Part shown: positions 38,839 through 48,505 of the stretch, piece after piece
How the letters are laid out: each line of letters starts with the position of its first letter
Position numbering within the stretch: the stretch's first letter is position 1
Assembly: GCA_041656175.1 (NCBI GenBank)
Contig: JBBAEA010000001.1
Span: 7,559-71,558, forward strand
DNA length: 64,000 nucleotides
From: Bradymonadales bacterium
GTDB lineage: Bacteria > Myxococcota_A > Bradymonadia > UBA4248
Direction of reading: 5' to 3'
Made by a program: the position numbers and the translations under genes
The notes under the pieces: generated by a model
Seen by the model: only the letters and a program-made list of their open reading frames with translations
What the model was told of the DNA's origin: nothing
Databases searched by the model: none

Positions 38839-40056
38839 CTAGAGCGTAGTGCTAGCTGCATCGCTTGTAGCGGCTGCATACTTCTCTGTCATATCGCGCA
38901 CTTTCTCGCCTTCTTTTAGGCTGTGCTGCCCACGAATAACAAGGCGCTCACCTAGCTCTAACCCTCTGATTACCTCAACATCCCGCGCACTGCGCTCACC
39001 AAGCTCGACAACCCTGGCCTCGACCGTGTCGTCGTCTTTGAGCACAAAAACTTTGCGCAAAGCCTGACCAAGTCGTTGCTGCTCCAACAAGTCAGAATCC
39101 ATCAGCATCGCTCGTTGTTGTACAACAATCGCTCCCTCTGTTTGGCCAAGTAAAATGTTGGCGCGTGCAAACATACCCGGCTTATAGCGATAAAGCCCTG
39201 AATCTCCTTCCGTGGGGTTAGTAAATACAGCTTCTACTGTATTGGTGCGCGTCATCGGGTTGATATAGGGCATAATACGATTGATCTTCGCTTTTACGCT
39301 ATCTTTAGGATAAGCGTCAAAGCGAAGTTCTACTTCTTGTCCTAGTTTCAAGTAGCTTGCATCCGCCTCGGCAATGTTAAGCGTAACCTTCATCTCTGAG
39401 AGATCCAAAAGCACACACAAGGGCATCGCGCTGCTCGCAATATCGCCAACTTGCAAGAGTTTTTTACTGACTACGCCACTAATGGGAGCCAGAACTGTGC
39501 TGTACTCTAGCCCCAGTTTTGCCTGCCGTTGTGCAGCGGCGAGCTGTTCTCGCTGTGCTTGTAAGGCTAAAACTCCGTCTTTTGTTTGATCGAGAGTTTG
39601 CTTGGACACGATATTAGAATTAAATAAGTCACTGATTCGCTGGCTCTCACGCTGCGCAGCCTTAAGCTGTACGTCTAAAGCACGCATTTGCGCACTGAGC
39701 TGCGCAGCTCCCTGCTTGGATACGACGTTGCGAATCTCAGCAATGACTTCGCCTTCCTTGACATAATCCCCATTCTCCCATGGGAACCGCAAGATCTGCT
39801 CACTAGCTAAGGGAATAACCGAAACTTGGCGCACTACCGCCACGTCACCTACATATTCACGTCGCTTCTCTAGTGTCTTTTTTTGGACTTCAGCAGTCTC
39901 AACCGCCGTAAGTTTGCGTTCCTGCGCTAAAGCTTGTCCTTCCTCCGTCTTCATACCCTTTTGTTGACATGAAAGAAGCAACACGCTTAGCATGACGAAT
40001 ATTAGCGCTCGACTTGTTTTCATAAGATTCTCCAACTCTGCGTTGCCCCAGAACAC
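38839..40056 (-). CDS. RND efflux periplasmic adaptor subunit (MFP/HlyD family)
   Basis: Signal/lipobox-like N-terminus (LLLSCQQ), coiled-coil hairpin and beta-barrel domain pattern. Upstream of the RND pump. Confidence 0.8.
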   Translation of the reverse strand: MFWGNAELENLMKTSRALIFVMLSVLLLSCQQKGMKTEEGQALAQERKLTAVETAEVQKKTLEKRREYVGDVAVVRQVSVIPLASEQILRFPWENGDYVKEGEVIAEIRNVVSKQGAAQLSAQMRALDVQLKAAQRESQRISDLFNSNIVSKQTLDQTKDGVLALQAQREQLAAAQRQAKLGLEYSTVLAPISGVVSKKLLQVGDIASSAMPLCVLLDLSEMKVTLNIAEADASYLKLGQEVELRFDAYPKDSVKAKINRIMPYINPMTRTNTVEAVFTNPTEGDSGLYRYKPGMFARANILLGQTEGAIVVQQRAMLMDSDLLEQQRLGQALRKVFVLKDDDTVEARVVELGERSARDVEVIRGLELGERLVIRGQHSLKEGEKVRDMTEKYAAATSDAASTTL

Positions 40057-40138
40057 AGTTCATCACCTTTATATACACGTTACATACACAAGTCTATAAA
40101 TAGCGTAGAAAATGTGGGCTGCGTGTAGGTGGGTGTGG

Positions 40139-40166
40139 CACTAAGATGCGCTTGCGCATCTTAGTG
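40139..40166. promoter_or_regulatory. Near-perfect 13-bp inverted repeat (CACTAAGATGCGC-tt-GCGCATCTTAGTG) in an AT-rich leader
   Basis: Direct reading of the sequence. Located about 330 bp upstream of the 40500 gene. Candidate operator or terminator. Confidence 0.4.
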
Positions 40167-40410
40167 TAGACATGTAACTATAAAACTTATGTTTTATTCC
40201 CGAAGACTTTTTCCAGCTTCACTTTTTTACATGGAGTGCTTGCTATGCCATGCTACGTAAGGCTATACAGTGTTCTAGCTTGCTGTAGATAAGGACGAGA
40301 AGCAAAAAGATGAAAGCAGTTTGTTGGCATTTTCGAGATTCACTACGTTATGCTCTAGCGCGGTTTGACCCGCAGAGGCATATGAACGCCTCTTTTCTAA
40401 AATATTCATA

Positions 40411-40472
40411 TTTATTTCTTAAGTTTACTGTTTAGTTCCATTTTATTTCTTAAGTTTACTGTTTAGTTCCAT
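40411..40472. repeat. 31-bp tandem duplication (tttatttcttaagtttactgtttagttccat x2) immediately upstream of the 40500 gene RBS
   Basis: Two identical adjacent copies. Confidence 0.85.
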
Positions 40473-40499
40473 TTTACAAAAGCAGACAAAGGAAGGCAA

Positions 40500-42383
40500 A
40501 TGACCCAAGAAAACACTACTGTCGTAGAAAATGCGCCGCTTTATGAAGGCAGTCTGTATCTGTCCGAGAACGTAGATTATTTTCAGAATGGCGATGATTT
40601 CTTCGTCTATCACAATTTATATGGTTATATCCTAAAAATGAGCGAAGATTTGGTGGATTTCCTCGAGTTTTTTGCGACGGAGCGAAAAGCCGAAGAGATG
40701 CATGAGAACTACGACGAAATTTTTGGTCGTGACACGCTGCATGAGTTTTTGAGCATATTCCGAACTTTGGCCTGTTTGCTGCCAAGCGATGACTACGAGC
40801 GTGAAAAGACACTGTCGATGTACCCGACCCAAGCGCGTTGGATCACGGTGCACAGTCCAAAAGATGGCAATACCAAGATCTACGCCTTCGACACCCAAAC
40901 ACGTCGCGACATGCGCACTGTCCAGCTCAACGAATGGGAAACGGCGCTGTGGAAGCTATGCGCTGAGGGGAATAAAACGGTGCAGAGCATAGTCGATGAA
41001 ATTGCAGCTCACCCGCATAGCCCAAGCTCTGGGGTAGAAGAACTCGTACTCGCCACCCTCGCGCAGTGGACGCACTGCGAGTTGCAAGTACTCAAGTTGA
41101 GCGCTGAGCCTTGCAGTATGTACAAAGGCCGTCGCTTTGGTGTACCTCCCTACCTCATTTCTACGATGCCCTACGAAAGGGTGACTGCCTTAGTGCGTAC
41201 CGAAGTCGACGAAAGCGGCAAAATTATTAAACCCTACGAAGAAACTATTCGCGTTAAGTCGCAAGGGCTTAAAATCGAGAGCATAGAACCAGAAGTTCTC
41301 CAGAAAGATCGCTTATCTGCTCGTCTATCGACGATTTTAGCCGAACCGCATGAAGTGCTCGCCAACGAATCTTACGCAGAGCGTGTCTTTGAGCTAGCGG
41401 ATGGTGTTTGCGAAGTTCGCGGCGAGGAATTTGCGGTTCTAGACATTGGGGGCGGACTTGGTGAGACGGCTAAAGGCTTTGTTAAAGCCTTTAAAGCCAA
41501 GTACCCCGATGTGAATTTGCGTTACACGATTTATGCGCCAAGCGAAGAATTTGCGCAAATCCAAGCCCAAACCCTTGAGGAAACGCCTGAGGTAGGCATC
41601 GCGATTGGAGATCCCAACCATCTCGCCGATAACCTCAATGATCGAAAGTTCGACTTTATTCTTTGCGATGAATTTTTAGCCAATTTGGAGTCCGTGTCGG
41701 TGCGCAAAATGGTTCTCGGTGGTAGTAACGAGGAGGAAGAGGAAGAGGAAGATGTGGGCGAGGAGCTGCTAGAAGGCGAAGAGTTAAGTGCACCTGCGAC
41801 AGAGCGCCCGGGAGATGAGGCGAAATTAACGTTTATAGGCGAGGGAGACGCGATACAGCAGATTTTTAAACATAAACTCAAGCTAAACGATGCGCCTGAA
41901 GACTTCTATCTTAATAATGGTTCTCTGCGTCTACTCACGCAGATTGATCGCTTGTGCAAGTTTGGCACCCAAGTTTTTCTCATCGAATTCGGCGAGGAGC
42001 TAAAGTATCCTGTTCGCACGTTTGAAGAATTGAGCGAAGCTTACTCGCAGCATTTTGGCATACTGCGCCAAGCCGCCGAGAATATGGGCTACCGCACGAG
42101 GCTAAGTTACTGGATGGAAGATCTCGGTCTTGATCGCGAATGTTCGATGTTTTCGACCACTCGTAGCCAGTTTAAAGCCATGCGCTGTCTATTTGCGGAT
42201 CACGGCATAGAACTTGAGCGCCGACCCTATACTGAGGGTGAAATGCGCGAGATTCTCAAACGCGCCAATATTGGCGAAGATGAGATTGTCGAACTCAACT
42301 TTGAACCGGCAGAAGACCGCATTTCTGGACTAGTGCCGCATTCCTACAAGTTTTTGCGCATCTTTAAAGAGCTCGAGTTTTAG
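40500..42383 (+). CDS. Hypothetical 627-aa protein: PqqD-like N-terminal segment (inference) + class I SAM-dependent methyltransferase-like core with a poly-Glu insert
   Basis: MTase motif I VLDIGGGLGETAKGF. CDEFLANLESV and FLIEFGEE are reminiscent of MidA/DUF185-type MTases. The N-terminus FFVYHNLYGYILKMSEDLVDFLEFF...LHEFLSIFRTLACLL has a PqqD/RRE-like pattern. Acidic linker SNEEEEEEEDVGEELLEGEE. Confidence 0.45.
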   Translation: MTQENTTVVENAPLYEGSLYLSENVDYFQNGDDFFVYHNLYGYILKMSEDLVDFLEFFATERKAEEMHENYDEIFGRDTLHEFLSIFRTLACLLPSDDYEREKTLSMYPTQARWITVHSPKDGNTKIYAFDTQTRRDMRTVQLNEWETALWKLCAEGNKTVQSIVDEIAAHPHSPSSGVEELVLATLAQWTHCELQVLKLSAEPCSMYKGRRFGVPPYLISTMPYERVTALVRTEVDESGKIIKPYEETIRVKSQGLKIESIEPEVLQKDRLSARLSTILAEPHEVLANESYAERVFELADGVCEVRGEEFAVLDIGGGLGETAKGFVKAFKAKYPDVNLRYTIYAPSEEFAQIQAQTLEETPEVGIAIGDPNHLADNLNDRKFDFILCDEFLANLESVSVRKMVLGGSNEEEEEEEDVGEELLEGEELSAPATERPGDEAKLTFIGEGDAIQQIFKHKLKLNDAPEDFYLNNGSLRLLTQIDRLCKFGTQVFLIEFGEELKYPVRTFEELSEAYSQHFGILRQAAENMGYRTRLSYWMEDLGLDRECSMFSTTRSQFKAMRCLFADHGIELERRPYTEGEMREILKRANIGEDEIVELNFEPAEDRISGLVPHSYKFLRIFKELEF

Positions 42384-42492
42384 CGCAGGGAGTTTGAGTC
42401 AACGTAAACGATTTAGCTTTTCTTAGGCTTTGCACTTTAGCTATGGTTGCAAAGCCAAGTCACTACCATTTAGCGCTTTTAGGTTTTTTTAC

Positions 42493-43242
42493 ATGGATTT
42501 ACCCGAACTTTGGTACGATCTGCCGCTGGCAGTCTTTGACGTAGAAACGACAGGCTTCTCCCCCGATGAAAACCAGATTATTGAGATCGGCGTGGTACAC
42601 TTTCACCGCGGTGAACTGCAGGAATCCTTTAATTGGCTTATCGATCCAGAATGTGAAATACCGCCAGAAATTGTTAAGTTAACGGGAATCACGCAGGAAG
42701 ATGTGACTGGAAAACCGACGTTTCGCGAGATAGCCGCAGATTTTGTGGAGGTGATGAAGGGGCGAGGGCTAGTGGCGTACAACTTGGCTTTTGACCGCAG
42801 TTTCCTAAGTGTAAACCTCGAACGTTGCGGCTACCAATGGTTTGACGATCAACCCAGCTTTGATCCCCTTATCTTCGCAAGGCACATATCGCCGCAAGCG
42901 CGCGATAACAAGCTAGTGACTGTGGCGAAACGCTACAACATATCGCTTGAAGGTGCACACCGCGCTTGTAACGATGCGGAAGCTACGGGCAAAGTTTTAT
43001 ATGCCATGCGCGACGCGTTGCCGCCTGTTCTGCAGGATCTCATCGTGGTTCAAGTACAATGGGAGATTCAGCAGCGCAATGCTTTTAGGGGCAAGGATAA
43101 ACGGCGAAACAGCGAGTTTAGCAGCATCTTGTCGCAAGAAAGCGCTGGTGAGGCAAGACTCGGCCCAGCCTTTATACACGGAAGCGAAGCGGATCCGCTT
43201 CGCGCCTACTACGATTCGTTGATGAGTATGAAAGAGCCCTGA
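42493..43242 (+). CDS. DnaQ-like 3'-5' exonuclease (DEDDh, Pol III epsilon-like)
   Basis: Exo I VFDVETTGF, Exo II AYNLAFDRSFL, Exo III HRACNDAEAT. The start is set at an internal Met. Confidence 0.75.
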   Translation: MDLPELWYDLPLAVFDVETTGFSPDENQIIEIGVVHFHRGELQESFNWLIDPECEIPPEIVKLTGITQEDVTGKPTFREIAADFVEVMKGRGLVAYNLAFDRSFLSVNLERCGYQWFDDQPSFDPLIFARHISPQARDNKLVTVAKRYNISLEGAHRACNDAEATGKVLYAMRDALPPVLQDLIVVQVQWEIQQRNAFRGKDKRRNSEFSSILSQESAGEARLGPAFIHGSEADPLRAYYDSLMSMKEP

Positions 43243-43278
43243 GCTGGTACTCATCGCTGTAAAACTTAGGCAATATTT

Positions 43279-43818
43279 ATGAAGATACTTCTAATTTTAG
43301 CAAACGGCTTTGAAGAAATCGAAGCTGTCACCCTGATTGACATTGCTCGGCGTGCAAAGATGGAACTAAGCATTTGCTCGTTACACAATAGCGATACAGT
43401 GCAAGGTTCGCATAAAATTGAGCTAAAGGCTGAAATTCATTTTGATGAGGCCAAAACAAAACAGTGGGATGCGGTCGTGCTCCCTGGCGGAATGGGCGGC
43501 GTAGAAGCAATGCTCAAGAGCGACGCATTTTTAGCCTTCCTTAAAGAGCACGCCAAAAATCACCGACGTATCGCTGCTATCTGTGCAGCCCCCATGATAT
43601 TAGATCACTGCGGCTTACTCGAGGGGCTTGCTTTTACCTGCCACCCCAGCGTTGTGCAGAAAATTAAAACAGGCAAATACGTCGATGCACCAAGTTTACA
43701 AACACCGAAAATTCTCACAGGGCGTTCCGCTGGTACGGCGCTTTCCTTCGCGCTTGCCTTTGTTTCGTGGATGCTCGGTGAAGTACCCGCAGGGCTTCGA
43801 GACGCTTTAGCCATTTAG
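43279..43818 (+). CDS. DJ-1/PfpI family protein
   Basis: 179 aa. Nucleophile elbow AICAAP. VLPGGMGG motif. Confidence 0.8.
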   Translation: MKILLILANGFEEIEAVTLIDIARRAKMELSICSLHNSDTVQGSHKIELKAEIHFDEAKTKQWDAVVLPGGMGGVEAMLKSDAFLAFLKEHAKNHRRIAAICAAPMILDHCGLLEGLAFTCHPSVVQKIKTGKYVDAPSLQTPKILTGRSAGTALSFALAFVSWMLGEVPAGLRDALAI

Positions 43819-44162
43819 TCGTGAAGCGCCTGTTACTATAGCTTCAACCTTAGGCTATAGAGCTCACAAAGATCGCATCTTCTGTCTTTATACGAAAAAA
43901 AAGACAGTTCGTTCGCTAAAATTCAAAAAAACTGCGTTCTATTGAGAAAGGAAAGCTATGTTGGCAATTTTGAGCTAAATCCAAAACGAATGAGCCATTG
44001 TTGGCAAGTTTGCTGCAAAGAAGAACAAGGTTTTCGGCAGTGCAAAGTCTTTTGCTTGTAAGCAAAAGAGAAATAATATGCTATGTAGGCAACGGTGTGC
44101 GTTGCTGCGCCGATTGACCTTAATTTTGCGCGAAAGAGCGCAAGTGCGGATTATTAGGCTAT

Positions 44163-46220
44163 TTGATGGATATGGAAGGAAAAATGCCACGTCTTGGGCG
44201 TTTGTATATTGCTTTGTGCACGGCAAGCATCGTGATGCAATTAGTGAGCTTGCAGTTACGCCACTCGATTTTTGGGGGAACGGCTTGGCTGGTGACAGTG
44301 AAGTACGAAGGGGTATGGGAGCGCTTGGGGATTTTTATGTTAGTGGCTACGTTTTGCGCTGCTTTGTGTGGCTTGTGGCTGCTTTTGGGGGATTGGCTAG
44401 GGCGAGTGTTGAAATTTCGAGAAGAGCGGACACACCGCTGGCTTGCGACTTTGTGGTTAGTATTCCTTGTTTTGGAGATGCTACTTCGACTTAAGCTAGC
44501 GGAATTTTTGGGAAGCAAGTTTAGGCTAACAGAATTTGCTTCGGGAGTCGGCGGCTTTTGGCGCATGTTAGTGCAGGCATTTAATTGGTATTGGGATATT
44601 ATTCTGCTTTCTTTGTTTGGTGTTTTTCTGCTAGCTTTGGCTATCTATTTTTTTAATCGCTGGTTCTTGGGACAACGGTTTGCCATATTCCGCGCGATTG
44701 ATCGTGTGCCCCGAAAAATATTAATACTCATTGCTTCCGTAAGTTTTTGTGTTTCGTTAACGTTTATGGCCTTTCCTATGCAGTTTCCGCTCACGCGCGA
44801 GCTCATTGCAAGTGAAACAGCGGTTGGGGCTCCCTTTAGCTACATTCTTAAATTGGTTTCTGATTTCGATGGCGATGGTTACGGTCGATTTGATCTGCCA
44901 CCCGACACCGCCCCGCTCGATCCAGATTGTTATCCTTATGCGCTAGATATTCCAAACGACGGTATAGATCAAGATCTACTTTTGGGCGACTTGCAGCCCG
45001 ATACTTTAGATCCTGCACTGCGAGCGTGGATAGAAACTCAAGGTCAAGAAGCACTAGCGAGCCCCGCGACGCGTAAAAACGTCTTTTTAGTTTTTATGGA
45101 AAGTGTTCGCAACGACATGCTGGACGCGAGTATCGAAGGCAAGCGAGTGATGCCAGAACTCAAGGCGTTTCGCGATAAGGGGGCGCTACGAATTGCACGT
45201 ATGTTTGCGACGCGCGGCTTTACCCAAAACTCTATAACTCAATCGTTTTGGGGCTCTTTCTTTGATCCAGGCACGAGCCTTGTGGATGATTTTACGCAGA
45301 TGGGCTACAAAAGCGTGGCGCTTAGCGGAGAGAGTTTACTCGACGAGGGCTTTGACGTGAGCTTGGGTTGGTTGCGTAACGAGGCGATGATTGTTGATCC
45401 GCGCCATATGCCCGAGAACGAACGAGGCTCTGCCACGGTGCCTGCGCGCGTTGTTGCCAAGCATTTTGAGCGAATCTTAGAGGAAGACGATGGCGATAAA
45501 CCGTTGTTTATGTATGTTTTTTTGCAGGATCCGCATTTTCCCTATCAACAAGACAATCCCCCGGTTTTAGTTGATCGCACGATTATGCGTAGCGAAATCA
45601 ACGCCAAGAACCGAGCTAGGCTTTGGAGAAGCTACGCTAACCAAGTGCATCATTTAGATGCAGCTTTGGGGCGTATGATCGCAGCGCTCGAAGCGCGGAA
45701 TCTACTTGAGGATAGCTTAATCATTATTGTGAGTGACCACGGCGAATCTCTTTACGACGATGGGAGCCTTCTGGGGCATGGGATTGCACTGCAAAATGTG
45801 ATGACGCATTGTGCCATGCTTGTGTGGGGTGCAAGCGGTTCGTTGGAACAGAACATGAGTCAGATCGACTTGCGGCGATTTATCCTTACACAAAGCACGC
45901 GTCAAGCTAGTGAAGCCCCCTTCACTGGCGTTGCCGAGCGCGATGCGCCTTTACTCCAATTTATTGGCGCTACCACTGTGCCGAGTTCGATCTCGTTTTT
46001 GTACCCAAACGACGAACGCATAGTTTATAATTATGCCACCAATAGAGCTTACCGCGAAAGCTCTAGCGCTAGTTATCCCCATCAAATTAAAACGGCGCAT
46101 CTACAAAACACGGAACGATTGCAGTCGCCAATACCAGATGCATTGCGCGATGAAGATATTCAGCAACTCGTGAATACTTGGGCCTACATGCAGTGGTTCC
46201 ACCGCGGAACGAAGAATTAA
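44163..46220 (+). CDS. LtaS/sulfatase-like alkaline-phosphatase-superfamily membrane protein
   Basis: N-terminal multi-TM region, then a C-terminal sulfatase-like domain (VFLVFMESVRND, IIVSDHGESLYDD). Confidence 0.65.
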   Translation: MMDMEGKMPRLGRLYIALCTASIVMQLVSLQLRHSIFGGTAWLVTVKYEGVWERLGIFMLVATFCAALCGLWLLLGDWLGRVLKFREERTHRWLATLWLVFLVLEMLLRLKLAEFLGSKFRLTEFASGVGGFWRMLVQAFNWYWDIILLSLFGVFLLALAIYFFNRWFLGQRFAIFRAIDRVPRKILILIASVSFCVSLTFMAFPMQFPLTRELIASETAVGAPFSYILKLVSDFDGDGYGRFDLPPDTAPLDPDCYPYALDIPNDGIDQDLLLGDLQPDTLDPALRAWIETQGQEALASPATRKNVFLVFMESVRNDMLDASIEGKRVMPELKAFRDKGALRIARMFATRGFTQNSITQSFWGSFFDPGTSLVDDFTQMGYKSVALSGESLLDEGFDVSLGWLRNEAMIVDPRHMPENERGSATVPARVVAKHFERILEEDDGDKPLFMYVFLQDPHFPYQQDNPPVLVDRTIMRSEINAKNRARLWRSYANQVHHLDAALGRMIAALEARNLLEDSLIIIVSDHGESLYDDGSLLGHGIALQNVMTHCAMLVWGASGSLEQNMSQIDLRRFILTQSTRQASEAPFTGVAERDAPLLQFIGATTVPSSISFLYPNDERIVYNYATNRAYRESSSASYPHQIKTAHLQNTERLQSPIPDALRDEDIQQLVNTWAYMQWFHRGTKN

Positions 46221-46223
46221 ACG

Positions 46224-47090
46224 ATGCCACTTTGGAGAGGGTTTTTATATTCGCTTCTATGCCATATTTTGGCTTTTTACGTCAGTTCGCTTTTGCCAAA
46301 GAGCGAAGGAAATATGGCGTGGTTGCTACGCGATAGCCATACTGTGCAGCACGAAATCGTGCCTTTAAGCGTAGTTTTAGCCCATCCAACTTATGATGCC
46401 GGCTACGACGATGATGCTCAAGGCGAAGATGCTCAAGGCGATGAAGCGCCTTTTAACGAAAAGCGCGAAATGCCAAAGTTAGTTTTGAACTTTGCTGCGC
46501 CGAAAGCTGAAGTTCGACCTGATGATGAACTTGAGGGAAGCAAAAAGCCGGAGAGCATAGAAAGCCCTAGCGAAGCTCTTGAGAGCGGAGCAGAGCAAGT
46601 TTTTGTAATGCATGGCGAAGACGCGCATGCGGGAACTCGCGAACTTACGAGAAATACTGGCGGATTTGGCGATGATGGGGGTATTGGCGACGCTAATAGC
46701 ACGTCAAAAACAAGCGGTGAAGGGCAGACAACGGGTGGTGGGAATGCGCGTTTTGCTAGCGCACGCGGGGGAGGCAGTGGCATTGACGAAGCTGGCGTTT
46801 GGCTAGCATACCTGAGAGAAATTGCGTCGGTCTTGTTAAAATCAAAATTTTATCCGCCTTTGGCAAGACAATCGCGTCAGCAAGGCGTCGTCATCCTCGA
46901 ATTCGTCATTCACCGTGATGGAAGCGTAGAAAACCCACAGATCTACAAAAGCTCGGGCTTTGCTTCATTGGATCAAGCGGCATTGCAAGCTTTAGCGATG
47001 GCGGGAAGACTACCAGCCTTTCCTGACGCGTTAAGCGCCGAGCGTAAAAAACTGCGCGTACCTTATCATTATAGCTTGGGGAATAGATGA
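46224..47090 (+). CDS. TonB-family energy transducer (C-terminal TonB_C domain)
   Basis: N-terminal TM, Pro/Glu-rich spacer, C-terminal QQGVVILEFVIHRDGSVENPQIYKSSGFASLDQAALQA. Starts 4 nt after the upstream gene. Confidence 0.65.
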   Translation: MPLWRGFLYSLLCHILAFYVSSLLPKSEGNMAWLLRDSHTVQHEIVPLSVVLAHPTYDAGYDDDAQGEDAQGDEAPFNEKREMPKLVLNFAAPKAEVRPDDELEGSKKPESIESPSEALESGAEQVFVMHGEDAHAGTRELTRNTGGFGDDGGIGDANSTSKTSGEGQTTGGGNARFASARGGGSGIDEAGVWLAYLREIASVLLKSKFYPPLARQSRQQGVVILEFVIHRDGSVENPQIYKSSGFASLDQAALQALAMAGRLPAFPDALSAERKKLRVPYHYSLGNR

Positions 47091-47284
47091 TGAGAGAGCT
47101 TTTTTTTCGTATTTTCAGCCTAAAAACTGTAGAATCTTGAGGGAGCTACTGTTTTATTTTATTTTTGCCTAATTTTGTGCGAATGTTGGCCATGCACTTG
47201 TGTAAGCGTTTTTTCGCTTCAAGGAATGATTTTGTTGTTTTGAAATCACACAGGTCTTTCTGATTTGTGCCACCTTGCAAGTCG

Positions 47285-47518
47285 TTGGTTTAGACGGGTT
47301 TTGGACGCTAGCCCAATAAATCAGAGCTTCCTTAGGGAGTCTCTGATTTATGCAAAAACAGTAGGGGGCATCTTTCAAACCTGCCCCTGATTAAAATGAC
47401 AAAAGCCTGGCGAATTTTCAAAATAAAGTCAATAAAATCAATACCCTACACACAAAACGGGTTCTAAGGCCGATAGCCCTTAGACGGGCTTTGGGGCGCT
47501 AGCCCCAACAAATCAGAG
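47285..47518. repeat. Family 2 elements: a 3' fragment plus a full copy in tandem, immediately downstream of lexA
   Basis: ...AGACGGGTTTTGGACGCTAGCCCAATAAATCAGAGC then TTAGGGAGTCTCTGATTTATGC...GGGGGCATCTTTCAAACCTGCCCC...AAAATAAAGTCAATAAAATCAATA...CTAAGGCCGATAGCCCTTAGACGGGCTTTGGGGCGCTAGCCCCAACAAATCAGAGC. Confidence 0.75.
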
Positions 47519-47523
47519 CTTTT

Positions 47524-48288
47524 TTAGGCGTATTGGCGCAGAACCCCGCGCACGGAGCCCAAAACACGGAATTGCTCGCATTCTTCCTCGCTTAAATCGA
47601 TGGGCTCCATATCAGGGTTTGAGGGGAGTAGTCTTATGCGTTTACCTCGTCGTTCGTAGCGTTTCACCGTGGCTTCACCGCCCACGAGTGCGGCGATCAA
47701 TTCGCCGTTCTCTGCTGTTGATTGCTCGCGGATAAAGACGATGTCGCCGGGCATGATTCCGTCGCCGATCATACTCGTGCCGCGTACGCGAAGTGCGAAC
47801 ACGTCGTCCATTCCACGGCAAAAGAGCGATGCATCCATGATGAGGCTTTCTTCGCGCTCTTCGTAGGCTTGCGTAAGTGGCCCTGCAGCGATGCGTCCCA
47901 AAACGGGTATACTGCGGTAAAACCCATCGTCGCTAAGCTGCGATAATGTGTTTTTGTTCAGGTTTATGACCTCGTCTTGCGAAATTTGGAAAGCTTTAGC
48001 TTTCGGCGAATCGACTGCGGGTTTGGCTTTTTTAACTTTACTGTTACTGCGTTGTATAACGACATCAGCGGCATCAACGATAGGTCGCAAGGTGCGACTT
48101 TTGGAATCTTCCTTGCTGAGATAGCCCTTGCGAACCAAGGCAGCTAGGTGCTGTGCCACACCGTTTGTGGAACGTAGACCAAAGTGATTAGTGATCTCGC
48201 GTACTGAGGGTGGGTACATGTTTTCATCGATGTACGCTAATATATGTAGATATATCTCAGCTTGCCTTTGCGTTAAACTCATTTCCAT
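47524..48288 (-). CDS. lexA: LexA repressor (S24 peptidase), with an extended inter-domain linker
   Basis: N-terminal LexA wHTH (LTQRQAEIYLHILAYIDENMYPPSVREITNHFGLRSTNGVAQHLAALVRKGYL). C-terminal S24 domain with the Ser (GTSM) and Lys (VKRY) dyad. The start is set at an internal ATG preceded by GAAGGA. Confidence 0.8.
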   Translation of the reverse strand: MEMSLTQRQAEIYLHILAYIDENMYPPSVREITNHFGLRSTNGVAQHLAALVRKGYLSKEDSKSRTLRPIVDAADVVIQRSNSKVKKAKPAVDSPKAKAFQISQDEVINLNKNTLSQLSDDGFYRSIPVLGRIAAGPLTQAYEEREESLIMDASLFCRGMDDVFALRVRGTSMIGDGIMPGDIVFIREQSTAENGELIAALVGGEATVKRYERRGKRIRLLPSNPDMEPIDLSEEECEQFRVLGSVRGVLRQYA

Positions 48289-48505
48289 TACACAGTTCCT
48301 TCGCTTTGGCGGAACAATCCGCATAAACAATCTAGTGTACATTTGTGCAGCGGTCAAGTTTTTTTCGCGCAATCGCTGTACATGCGTTCTTAACGTTCGC
48401 GACGCCAAAAAAATTTAGCGCGTAGCCAAAAAGGCGAAGTAGAGCGCTAACTTGTTGTAGACGTCAGTGCTTAGCTTTTTCGCTGCGAGGAATTGAAAGC
48501 AAGAA

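Noticed and set aside
40060-43818. Prophage or integrative island around the AT-rich 40.1-40.5 kb leader
   Set aside because: There is no integrase, no tRNA target and no phage structural genes. The flanking genes are ordinary chromosomal genes. Only the local AT-richness, the palindrome and the tandem repeat are unusual.
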